Below the pieces are notes generated by a model. It saw only the letters and a list, made by a program, of their open reading frames with translations. It had not been told where the DNA came from and did not search any database. The position numbers were made by a program, and so were the translations under genes. A stretch of DNA of 32,000 bases from Bacteriophage Eos. The stretch lies in the sequence record MN478377.1. One strand, 5' to 3'. Shown here piece by piece: positions 16,245 to 24,012 of the stretch. Within the stretch, counting starts at the first letter, position 1, and every line of letters begins with the position of its first letter.

Positions 16245-16865
16245 ATGACTAAATTAGCGGCCCCTCTAGCGGTTGACGTTGTAGTTAATCAGATTAACCG
16301 CGCTATGAATGCCCCTCGTGGCGTTTTGGCTACTTATCCAGCACGCCACGGCTTGAAACTTGAATCCGGTGTGCTCGATTTTCCTTGCGCGGTGATCGTG
16401 GATTGCCATACGGGAACGTGCGGAGAGAACTGGACGGAGCAAGCAATTTTAGAATCCGGTGTGGATGTAGAAGCATACGCCCAAGAGGAAGCAAATGAAA
16501 ACGCCTCCACCTATGGCAGCGATGGGGAAGAAATTTGTGATGATTGCCGCGAAAATGTTAATGATTGCGACTGCGAAGATTCTAGCGGGTCAACGTGGCA
16601 TGAAAATGAAAACGTTATTGCATATGTTTATAAAGTGCAGCCGTCTTGTAGTCTGGATATTGTAAACGGCGGTTCTGACTGGTCGATGATTCTGGATGCT
16701 GCAAAAGATCACGAAATTCTTTCCGTGCATCCAGAAACGGGGGCGGTCTGTATTTATCGTGGGGCGATGGAAAAATTCCTCTACCTGCCTAACCATAAAG
16801 AATGGGCTTTACTTCTGGAGGAAGTAGAACATCATTTCAAAACTAAAATGGTGGTAGTAGTATGA
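16245..16865 (+). CDS. pre-early hypothetical protein, Cys-rich
   Basis: 206-aa ORF; ICDDCRENVNDCDCED cluster. Confidence 0.75.
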   Translation: MTKLAAPLAVDVVVNQINRAMNAPRGVLATYPARHGLKLESGVLDFPCAVIVDCHTGTCGENWTEQAILESGVDVEAYAQEEANENASTYGSDGEEICDDCRENVNDCDCEDSSGSTWHENENVIAYVYKVQPSCSLDIVNGGSDWSMILDAAKDHEILSVHPETGAVCIYRGAMEKFLYLPNHKEWALLLEEVEHHFKTKMVVVV

Positions 16866-17221
16866 TCTACGTTTCAATAGATGGTTATGGATTGTTCCAT
16901 AAGCCAACATGGGCGGCAATAATGGCTACTGTAGCTTTAAACAGTGTCCGAAAAGATGCTCTTATCGAAATCAGGGAAGGGCTACACTCCACTAACCCTA
17001 TATACTGTATAGCTGGCAACGTGCTAAACGCTATCGGTGAAAAATTAGGTAATGGTGTTACCTGCACTATTCAGGTATTAGGTGAGGCCATAGACCTGAA
17101 TGATTCAGAAGATTGCAAGCACTTTTTCAGAATCTTTAAAACTGAAAGGCTTGTCATGAGATCAGACGGTTCGATAGTGTCTCTAGCTCAAAGCAAAGAA
17201 ACCGCTTTCAGACCTAACTAA
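16862..17221 (+). CDS. pre-early hypothetical protein
   Basis: 119-aa ORF, ATGA overlap. Confidence 0.7.
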   Translation: MIYVSIDGYGLFHKPTWAAIMATVALNSVRKDALIEIREGLHSTNPIYCIAGNVLNAIGEKLGNGVTCTIQVLGEAIDLNDSEDCKHFFRIFKTERLVMRSDGSIVSLAQSKETAFRPN

Positions 17222-17235
17222 CAATCTTTACATTT

Positions 17236-17263
17236 AAACCCCTTGTTAAAAACGAGGGGTTTT
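17236..17263 (+). terminator. intrinsic terminator
   Basis: AAACCCCTtgttaaaaacgAGGGGTTTT. Confidence 0.85.
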
Positions 17264-17311
17264 GCTATTCTATAAATGAAGTATTTAATTTACTGAATAG
17301 CGGAGGTTGTT

Positions 17312-17416
17312 ATGGAATTTTCCATGCTGGTTTTGGGTACTACTGGTATCATGATGATGCTAGCTGTTTTCGGTGTGGCATTGTTTGATCTGGTCTGCGA
17401 TTATAAAGGGTTTTAA
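17312..17416 (+). CDS. small membrane protein (34 aa), absent from ORF track
   Basis: MEFSMLVLGTTGIMMMLAVFGVALFDLVCDYKGF; CGGAGG upstream. Confidence 0.5.
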   Translation: MEFSMLVLGTTGIMMMLAVFGVALFDLVCDYKGF

Positions 17417-17418
17417 GA

Positions 17419-17487
17419 ATGAGATGGATTTTTATCTACTGGTTTATTATTTCCGTTGTAATGATTAGTTTTGCAATGATTGTTTGA
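17419..17487 (+). CDS. very small membrane peptide (22 aa)
   Basis: MRWIFIYWFIISVVMISFAMIV, between small ORF and terminator. Confidence 0.3.
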   Translation: MRWIFIYWFIISVVMISFAMIV

Positions 17488-17489
17488 TA

Positions 17490-17520
17490 GGGGAGGCTTA
17501 AAACGCTTCCCCTTTCTTTT
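17490..17520 (+). terminator. intrinsic terminator
   Basis: GGGGAGGC-ttaaaac-GCTTCCCCTTTCTTTT. Confidence 0.8.
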
Positions 17521-17559
17521 GGCCGTTGCTTAGAATTGTTGACCTGATATAAGGGGAAG

Positions 17560-17731
17560 AAAATTAAATCGCTTAGAACGCGTTACAGGAGGTCTGAAGG
17601 GCATATTAGAATAAACCCCTGTCAGAAACTACTGTATAAACATACAGTAGGATAACCTGTGGATAAGTCTGTGGATATCTCCTTAAATCGCTCCCCATCT
17701 TGTCAAGTCAAAACGTGCTGTGGATAACTTA
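17560..17731 (+). repeat. right copy of inverted ori-like module; contains second copy of the 20-mer at 17572-17591
   Basis: CAGAAACTACTGTA, AGTAGGATAACCTGT, TAAGTCTGTGGATA, AAATCGCT and GCTGTGGATAACT blocks in same order as reverse complement of 13815-14000. Confidence 0.8.
17658..17727 (-). promoter_or_regulatory. DnaA boxes on minus strand
   Basis: TGTGGATAA at 17658-17666 and 17719-17727; TGTGGATAT at 17670-17678. Confidence 0.8.
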
Positions 17732-18337
17732 GGCCACCAGCTAAATGCTAGTGTTTATCACTTGCACCAAATTCTCAATTGCCTCTCGAATAGTAACGCC
17801 CTGTTACTATCACGCCCTAGCGATCATCCCTCCTGTTATTATTAGCCCGCTAATCCTTCCACCAGCAACAATCCCCTCCGGTTTCATTAGTCTGCAAACG
17901 ATCACGCCCCGTCACTATCACGTCAACGTAATATTCAAAGTGCAATTGAGAACTATTCTCAAATCGGCGCGGACAAAATAAAATCTTATTTGTCAACGAA
18001 AAATAACAGGATTTTATGCTTTTTTGAAAAATCAAGTGGATAACTCATTAAATTTCATTTTTGCTTTTTGTATAAGTTATTAACAGCCCCTCAAACGCTC
18101 TATAACGCGTTTTAAGCGCTTCGAGGCAAAAGCTATACAAGTGCATAGGGACTATGCCGATCTCCTCACCACGAGCGTTTTAGATTTTGTCAATACCCCA
18201 AAAGCAAATAAAAACAAATAATTTTCGTGACTTTCTATTGTTTTTATGCAACGTGCGCCCGTTTCACTTATAAAATAAGGTCGCCCCGCACGCCGTGACC
18301 CTGATTTTTCCTTTACACTTCTTTACAAATATCCGCT

Positions 18338-18365
18338 TGCGGGATTTAGCGCTTTCCCCTAATAT
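18338..18365 (+). promoter_or_regulatory. sigma70-like promoter upstream of 18490 gene
   Basis: TTGCGG, 16 bp, TAATAT. Confidence 0.55.
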
Positions 18366-18397
18366 TTATCTCGTAGGACGGCAACAACGAACTACAA

Positions 18398-18433
18398 GGC
18401 AGGGATCACCTGCCCCGCTCTTTAAAAATCTGG
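18398..18433 (+). promoter_or_regulatory. hairpin plus boxA-like antitermination-type leader element
   Basis: GGCAGG-gatca-CCTGCC followed by CCGCTCTTTAAAAATCTGG. Confidence 0.5.
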
Positions 18434-18489
18434 TATGAGATAAACATTAAGTCCTTTCGGCTTACTCCACTAAATAAGGAATAAGACGA

Positions 18490-18684
18490 ATGCAAACTAA
18501 CTTAAATATTTTAGCAGAATATACTCGCTGTATTTGTGAAGTCTCTGACTGTACAGTAGAGGCCGCCGAAAAAGCCATAAAATTCTGTGAAGATCTGGGA
18601 AGCGAAATGATCCTCTTACATGAGGACGGAAAAGTTATCCAGTATATGAAATATAACGTTAACGCAAAAAGGGCTATACAATGA
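18490..18684 (+). CDS. small pre-early protein
   Basis: 64-aa ORF, ATGA overlap with next. Confidence 0.7.
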   Translation: MQTNLNILAEYTRCICEVSDCTVEAAEKAIKFCEDLGSEMILLHEDGKVIQYMKYNVNAKRAIQ

Positions 18685-18872
18685 AAATGATTGTAATTTC
18701 TGCTAAACCTGCCGCCCCACTTTCTAAGTGTGCAGCAAGCTACCTTACGTTATGTCAGTCAGATGTAAAACGCCGTTTCAAAAGTTACAAACGCGGCGGG
18801 ATGCAAGGCTTGCCAATGATCTGGGATAACATGATGGAAGCATTAAAGAAAAAACACGAAAATAAGGCTTGA
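18681..18872 (+). CDS. small basic pre-early protein
   Basis: 63-aa ORF. Confidence 0.6.
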   Translation: MKMIVISAKPAAPLSKCAASYLTLCQSDVKRRFKSYKRGGMQGLPMIWDNMMEALKKKHENKA

Positions 18873-18897
18873 CACCCTAGCCGAAAGGATTTAATAT
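18869..18897 (+). promoter_or_regulatory. strong sigma70-like promoter
   Basis: TTGACA (18869-18874), 17 bp, TAATAT (18892-18897). Confidence 0.85.
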
Positions 18898-18918
18898 TTA
18901 TCTCGTACCACAGCAACA

Positions 18919-18937
18919 CCGCTCTTTAACAATTTGG
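18919..18937 (+). promoter_or_regulatory. boxA-like antitermination element
   Basis: CCGCTCTTTAACAATTTGG; close to E. coli rrn boxA core GCTCTTTAACA. Confidence 0.55.
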
Positions 18938-19037
18938 AAAACGTGATGATATCCGGTTAATGGCGATTTTTCCCTTTGCTGGTTAGATGTTTTAGCCAGC
19001 AATATGAATAAATCACCCCCTAATCAGGAGCTACAAA

Positions 19038-19292
19038 ATGCAAAACGTTCAAACTTCCCCAGTAGTAGGCCAGTCTGTTTTTGTTCCTTTCCGTACTGGC
19101 GAAGTAGACGAAAGCGGCAAGATTGGTTATATCAAAGGCGGCGCATTGCAGCCATTTGATAAAATCGACGCTGTTTATTCAGATTCTGAATACAGCCGCG
19201 ACGGTAAAAAGAAAGTATTTTCTGTGCGTCTTAAATCTGGCGATCAAGTGAAGATCATCGCCAAAGATGATAAATGGCAAGCGATAGCGTAA
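19038..19292 (+). CDS. pre-early hypothetical protein
   Basis: 84-aa ORF with AGGAG upstream. Confidence 0.75.
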   Translation: MQNVQTSPVVGQSVFVPFRTGEVDESGKIGYIKGGALQPFDKIDAVYSDSEYSRDGKKKVFSVRLKSGDQVKIIAKDDKWQAIA

Positions 19293-19428
19293 AGTAGTAA
19301 ATTAAATATCACGCTTAATAAGGCAATAAAGATTATTCGAATAACCTAGCGTAAACGGTTCCCGTCGAAAGGGGTAATAGCGATCAGATTAAAGATTAAA
19401 TAATCTTTGCTTTAATAGTGTTATCTGA

Positions 19429-19470
19429 ATAAGCCGATTATATAACGCCAATTATATAATATCGGCTTAT
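19429..19470 (+). other. long RNA hairpin in leader of A2
   Basis: ATAAGCCGAT-TATATAA-CGCCAA-TTATATA-(AT)-ATCGGCTTAT. Confidence 0.75.
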
Positions 19471-19524
19471 TAGGAATAACATTTAGTTATTCATTAACCC
19501 ATTAATTAATATCGGAGATATATC

Positions 19525-19938
19525 ATGACTACTAAAAACGCTAAAGCTGAAAAATTTGTTTGGAACGAAGAAAACACCGCTACCGCTATTAGCATGTATG
19601 AGGGCTTTCTTGCCGAAGGTGGCGAAGGTCTGGAATATGCAAACGGCGACGGCCTGAAAGCCATTTCTGAGGCTGTAGGCGCTGGCTCTATGGTTAAGGT
19701 TCGCTCTAAACTGGTTAGCGCTAAAGTGTATCAGAAAGCAGATACACCGCGTAAAGTTGGCGGCGCTTCCTCCCTGCGTAAAGCGCATTTTGTGCGAGTA
19801 TTCGCAAAACACGCTATTGAAGGCGAATTGATCGAATCTGCTGATGATCTGGCAAGCATGGAACAAATGAAGCTGGAACAACTGGAAACCCTCGCTAAGA
19901 TGTTTGGCGTATACGACGAAGTAAAAGCCAGCGTTTAA
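19525..19938 (+). CDS. A2: T5 A2-like pre-early protein
   Basis: MTTKNAKAEKFVWNEENTATAISMYEGFLAEGGEG...; resembles T5 A2 in recall, and lies upstream of A1. Confidence 0.85.
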   Translation: MTTKNAKAEKFVWNEENTATAISMYEGFLAEGGEGLEYANGDGLKAISEAVGAGSMVKVRSKLVSAKVYQKADTPRKVGGASSLRKAHFVRVFAKHAIEGELIESADDLASMEQMKLEQLETLAKMFGVYDEVKASV

Positions 19939-19950
19939 GTTTTTAATTCT

Positions 19951-19976
19951 GCCGCCTTTAATTAGGCGGCTTTATT
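19951..19976 (+). terminator. intrinsic terminator
   Basis: GCCGCCTttaattAGGCGGCTTTATT. Confidence 0.85.
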
Positions 19977-20015
19977 AAAAGTTTATTCCCACTGTAAAAA
20001 TGGAGTTATCACGAA

Positions 20016-20249
20016 ATGATCTTTTATCCTTCTGAAAGCTTTATATTAGGTCTGTTTATTATCACCGCGATATTCTTTATTATTTCGGCGGCTTTAAACA
20101 TCGCAAAAATATTTGCGGATAATAAGTATTGGTTTCAATTAAGCCAACTTATTATGTCTAATATTTGGTTTGCTCGCATCTTCCTTTTATTGGCTCTAGC
20201 TGCTGGCATTGCTTCCAGCTTGTTACCAGTAGACAGTTGTAACCTGTAG
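20016..20249 (+). CDS. small membrane protein
   Basis: 77-aa ORF with two hydrophobic segments, GGAG upstream. Confidence 0.65.
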   Translation: MIFYPSESFILGLFIITAIFFIISAALNIAKIFADNKYWFQLSQLIMSNIWFARIFLLLALAAGIASSLLPVDSCNL

Positions 20250-20349
20250 AGTAGCAAATTATATAAACGCTTAATTTTGCCCCACTTCGGGCGCGTTTAT
20301 ATATTTGGCGATTCTGCCTATATCCCATAAATAATGGAGTTTTTGACTT

Positions 20350-22014
20350 ATGAATATTTCTGCTGCTAACCAGACCAAAATCATTAAACTGGCAACCGAT
20401 GTTAACTTTTTTGGTAAACGTCTGCGTGACAAAAAGTTAGAAGTATGTGACGCCATTTCTAAAGAAGTATTTGGAACGGCTAAACACTCTAGCGAAATTT
20501 GCGACTGGCTGGAAGCTAACAGACCTGTTAAACCTTCCACCGCAAAACGCGAACGTATCGCTAAAGAAGATAACCGCCCGTTAACTGCTGGCGCATTAAA
20601 TAGCGCCGTTGAAACGTGGAAAGTGAAACAGGGTAAACGCTTTTTATTAACATCGGCTCAAAATAATACCGATGTTCACGCTAACTTCTTGCAAACGCTG
20701 GAAGTAGCCGCGAAGCATTTAAACGCTGAATTGTTAGTGTCTAAATTCCTGTATAATAAAAACGGTTTCCAGAACGGAGAAGGGGCAAAAGGTATTCACT
20801 TTGACCCGCGACTGGAAAAATATTTCCTTACTGAAAACGTATTCCTTAATAGCCGTGAATCTAATTTCGCATTCATGGCTGAAATTAATATTTTGCCTAC
20901 TGCGACCTTCCCGCTTTCTGGTTTCGCAGAAACCGCCGTTGCTTTTGGTCTGGACGGCCTCGCAATTGGTCACGCCAAAATTAGCGCCGAATCTGTAGCC
21001 GCTCTTAAAGGTGAAACAGTCCGCCGCATGTATTCAACCGGAACGGTCACAACTAAAAACTATATCCAGCAAAAGGCCGGACAAAAGGCCGAAGCGCTTC
21101 ATAATTACGGCGCGTTACTGGTAGAGTTTGACGATAACGGCGTTTTCTACGTGCGCCAAATCGAATCTATGGACGCTAGCGGAGCTTTCTATGACCTAAC
21201 TGACCTTTACACGGTAGACGGTGTAAAACACGGTCAAAACGTCTTAGGCTTGCAATATGGCGATATCCATGCGGAGAAAATTGACGAAGATTGCGCGGCG
21301 GCCTCTTGGGGTGTCGGCGGTCTGGTGGATGTACTCAAGCCGAAATATCAGCTTATTCATGACGTGCATGACTTCACTAGTCGCAACCATCACAACCGTA
21401 ACAGTGGGGTATTCCTTGCTAGCCAGTATGCGCAAGGCCGCGACAAGGTTTTACAGGATATTAAAGACACTGGCAAAATTTTGCAGAACATGGAACGTGA
21501 TTTTAGTCAGACTGTAGTTATTGAGTCTAACCATGATCTTGCTCTTGCTCGCTGGCTGGATGATCCTAAATGCAACGTCAAGCAAGACCCCGCAAACGCC
21601 GCGCTTTATTACAAGCTAAACGCCGCTCTTTATGCTGCGATTGAATCCGGCGACGAAACGTTTAACGTGTTGTCATACGCCATTCAGGAGGTGGCTGGCT
21701 ATGACGTGGCGGCGATCTTCCTCGAAACAGACCAGAGTTTAAAGCTGGCTGGCATTGAATGCGGTATGCACGGTCACAACGGCATTAACGGCGCTCGTGG
21801 CAACCCTAAAGGCTTTATGAAACTTGGTAAGGCTAACACTGGTCACACTCACACGCCTAGCATTTACGGCGGCGTTTATACTGCTGGCGTGGCTGGCTCG
21901 CTAGATATGGGCTATAACATCGGCGCGTCTAGCTGGTCACAGACTCATATTATTACCTATCCGAACGGGCAGCGTACTTTGATTGATTTCAAAGCTGGTA
22001 AATTCTACGCTTAA
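20350..22014 (+). CDS. A1: T5 A1-like pre-early protein (host DNA degradation / second-step transfer in T5)
   Basis: 554-aa ORF; T5 A1-like in recall. VIESNHDLALARWLDD and GMHGHNGINGARGNPKGFMKLGKANTGHTHTPSI suggest a metallophosphoesterase-like fold. Confidence 0.92.
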   Translation: MNISAANQTKIIKLATDVNFFGKRLRDKKLEVCDAISKEVFGTAKHSSEICDWLEANRPVKPSTAKRERIAKEDNRPLTAGALNSAVETWKVKQGKRFLLTSAQNNTDVHANFLQTLEVAAKHLNAELLVSKFLYNKNGFQNGEGAKGIHFDPRLEKYFLTENVFLNSRESNFAFMAEINILPTATFPLSGFAETAVAFGLDGLAIGHAKISAESVAALKGETVRRMYSTGTVTTKNYIQQKAGQKAEALHNYGALLVEFDDNGVFYVRQIESMDASGAFYDLTDLYTVDGVKHGQNVLGLQYGDIHAEKIDEDCAAASWGVGGLVDVLKPKYQLIHDVHDFTSRNHHNRNSGVFLASQYAQGRDKVLQDIKDTGKILQNMERDFSQTVVIESNHDLALARWLDDPKCNVKQDPANAALYYKLNAALYAAIESGDETFNVLSYAIQEVAGYDVAAIFLETDQSLKLAGIECGMHGHNGINGARGNPKGFMKLGKANTGHTHTPSIYGGVYTAGVAGSLDMGYNIGASSWSQTHIITYPNGQRTLIDFKAGKFYA

Positions 22015-22023
22015 TTAAAACCG

Positions 22024-22054
22024 ATAGCGGGAAATATATTTCCCGCTTATTTGA
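22024..22054 (+). terminator. intrinsic terminator
   Basis: TAGCGGGAAatatatTTCCCGCTTATTT. Confidence 0.75.
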
Positions 22055-22323
22055 GGAAAGTAATAATGAAAGTAAGCATTAATAATAGAAATAAAAAATC
22101 TACAACGTTTTCGGCTCATGAAATGGAAACCGGAAACGTTTATGATTATTCAGGCGCTCTAGCTCAATCTCTAGAATCTGGCTGTATTATTGTTTACGAT
22201 ACTAATGATGAAACATTAGTGACGTTTGATGATGCTTATGATTTAGAAGAGTGGTTATCTGATAACGGCTATACTAAACACGGTACACTAACAGACATGA
22301 AAATGTCACTGGTGATCGAATGA
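22051..22323 (+). CDS. pre-early hypothetical protein; true start may be 22066
   Basis: 90-aa ORF; in-frame ATG at 22066 follows GAGGAAAG. Confidence 0.65.
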   Translation: MRKVIMKVSINNRNKKSTTFSAHEMETGNVYDYSGALAQSLESGCIIVYDTNDETLVTFDDAYDLEEWLSDNGYTKHGTLTDMKMSLVIE

Positions 22324-22568
22324 AGATCTTAGTGCCTGAAAATAATAACCGCCCTTATGAGGAGGGCGAAAAATTAAAACGCGGTCAAGTGTGGCAAGCT
22401 GGCAATGTATTTGTAATTCCCCTAGATGATGAAACGGGAATTATATTAAATACAGTTACGGGTGAGAGCCGCGCTTATTTCTACCTGCTGGAAGGTCTGG
22501 AAGATTTTGAAATAACAACCGATCATCTGACCTTAACAGGCTTAACGCCTGAATTAACCCTTAAATAA
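22320..22568 (+). CDS. pre-early hypothetical protein
   Basis: 82-aa ORF, ATGA overlap. Confidence 0.65.
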   Translation: MKILVPENNNRPYEEGEKLKRGQVWQAGNVFVIPLDDETGIILNTVTGESRAYFYLLEGLEDFEITTDHLTLTGLTPELTLK

Positions 22569-22596
22569 TCCCATTAATTAAACTGGAGTTTTAAAC

Positions 22597-23049
22597 ATGA
22601 AAGCGATCTTTATTTATAACAATGGTAAAACCTTCACCGCTAAAAACGTTATTCAGGGATCAATTGATATTGATAACCAACGTGACGAAAACGGCAAAGT
22701 AGAGCGTACTATTGTTAGCTATCAGGCAATGCAATTTATTGATAGTGACGTTATCGCCGCCGCAGTTGCCTCAATCCTGAAAACGCCACCGGTAGAGGAA
22801 AGTTTTATCGAAAGCGCTTTTGAATGCTCTGATATTCTCTATGGTCTGGACGTGCTGAGATCCTTTGATATCGACGCTACCGCCGCAGGATTGTCTTATA
22901 TTGTGGTGAGTCCAGAGGACGATGATGATTGCACCGTTGAAACGGCTACATTAGCCAGTGAATCAGGTCTGGACGCTGGTTATGTTGTGATCCCTGTCGA
23001 TGTGTTAACGCCTGAAATGCTTGCTGATGCACTATCGTTAACGCTGTAA
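22597..23049 (+). CDS. pre-early hypothetical acidic protein
   Basis: 150-aa ORF, GGAG upstream. Confidence 0.75.
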   Translation: MKAIFIYNNGKTFTAKNVIQGSIDIDNQRDENGKVERTIVSYQAMQFIDSDVIAAAVASILKTPPVEESFIESAFECSDILYGLDVLRSFDIDATAAGLSYIVVSPEDDDDCTVETATLASESGLDAGYVVIPVDVLTPEMLADALSLTL

Positions 23050-23066
23050 TGCTGGTATAATTATCA

Positions 23067-23095
23067 AAGCGGGTTAGATATTAGCCCGCTTGAAT
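23067..23095 (+). terminator. intrinsic terminator
   Basis: AAGCGGGttagatattagCCCGCTT. Confidence 0.65.
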
Positions 23096-23118
23096 AATTA
23101 ACCCAATCCCATAAATAA

Positions 23119-23844
23119 ATGGAGAATAAAATGAAGCAACCTAACCCGAATATCAAAACCGTTAAAATCTGGGATTTAGACGGTACAGTAATTAATTCCT
23201 TCCACCGTGTTAAACCCTGTTTTGACGAAGAGGGTAATTTAAATATTACCCAATACATGAAAGAAGCATGTACGCATGAAAAGATTATGGATGATTCTTT
23301 ATTGCCACTTGTCGAATATATGAAAGAATCCTTTAATGACTCTTCAGTGGTAAATATTATTTGTACCGCTCGCTTAATGCGTAAGAGTGATTATTACTAT
23401 CTGCGCAAGCAAGGTCTGAGAGGACGCGGAAATAATAACTCCGTTATTCTTTCGCGTGATACATTGGCGCGTCACTTCCCGCTTAGCCGTGTACCTGAAA
23501 TATACTCAAGCCGTGACGCTGATTATAAAACGGCGTACTTTGAGCTTATTAAACAGTGGTATCCTAGCGCCACCATCACAATGATTGACGATAATCAAAG
23601 TGTATTACAAGCTGCTGTAGCTGCTGGACTGCAAACACTGGACGCTGTAGCGATTAACGATATTCTAAGCGTAGGTGTGCGCCTAGTGGGGGAATCATTC
23701 ATTGATGATTCATTAGATGATGATAATGATTATCAATTCCTTTGCGAGCGTTTAGAGCAATGTTGGTTAGGTATGACCGACGAAGAAAGGGCAGAGTATA
23801 CCGCCACGCCTCAACGATTCATTCAAAAACTAAACGCTGCCTAA
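23119..23844 (+). CDS. dmp: deoxynucleoside-5'-monophosphatase (HAD-like)
   Basis: VKIWDLDGTVINSFHRVKPC HAD motif I; VNIICTARLMRKSD; ITMIDDNQSVLQAA motif IV; last gene of pre-early block as in T5. Confidence 0.87.
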   Translation: MENKMKQPNPNIKTVKIWDLDGTVINSFHRVKPCFDEEGNLNITQYMKEACTHEKIMDDSLLPLVEYMKESFNDSSVVNIICTARLMRKSDYYYLRKQGLRGRGNNNSVILSRDTLARHFPLSRVPEIYSSRDADYKTAYFELIKQWYPSATITMIDDNQSVLQAAVAAGLQTLDAVAINDILSVGVRLVGESFIDDSLDDDNDYQFLCERLEQCWLGMTDEERAEYTATPQRFIQKLNAA

Positions 23845-23850
23845 TAGTAA

Positions 23851-23879
23851 CGCCCCGAAACTGAAATGGTAACGGGGCG
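23851..23879 (+). terminator. hairpin at end of pre-early block
   Basis: CGCCCCG-aaactgaaatggtaa-CGGGGCG (no long U run). Confidence 0.5.
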
Positions 23880-24012
23880 AAACAATTAGAACGCTAATAG
23901 TAACACAGGGGGATTATCAGACTACGGTACTACCCCCACCCCCTCTCAGCCCACCCTCATGTAAACCATTAGGATTTTTGAGAATTTCAAGAATTAGCGC
24001 TATAAACGGAAA

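Noticed and set aside
17745-18035. ORFs 17745..17981 + and 17850..18035 -
   Set aside because: Low-complexity C-rich sequence, no SD; treated as non-coding.
19483-19881. 132-aa minus-strand ORF opposite A2
   Set aside because: Shadow of A2; no independent support.
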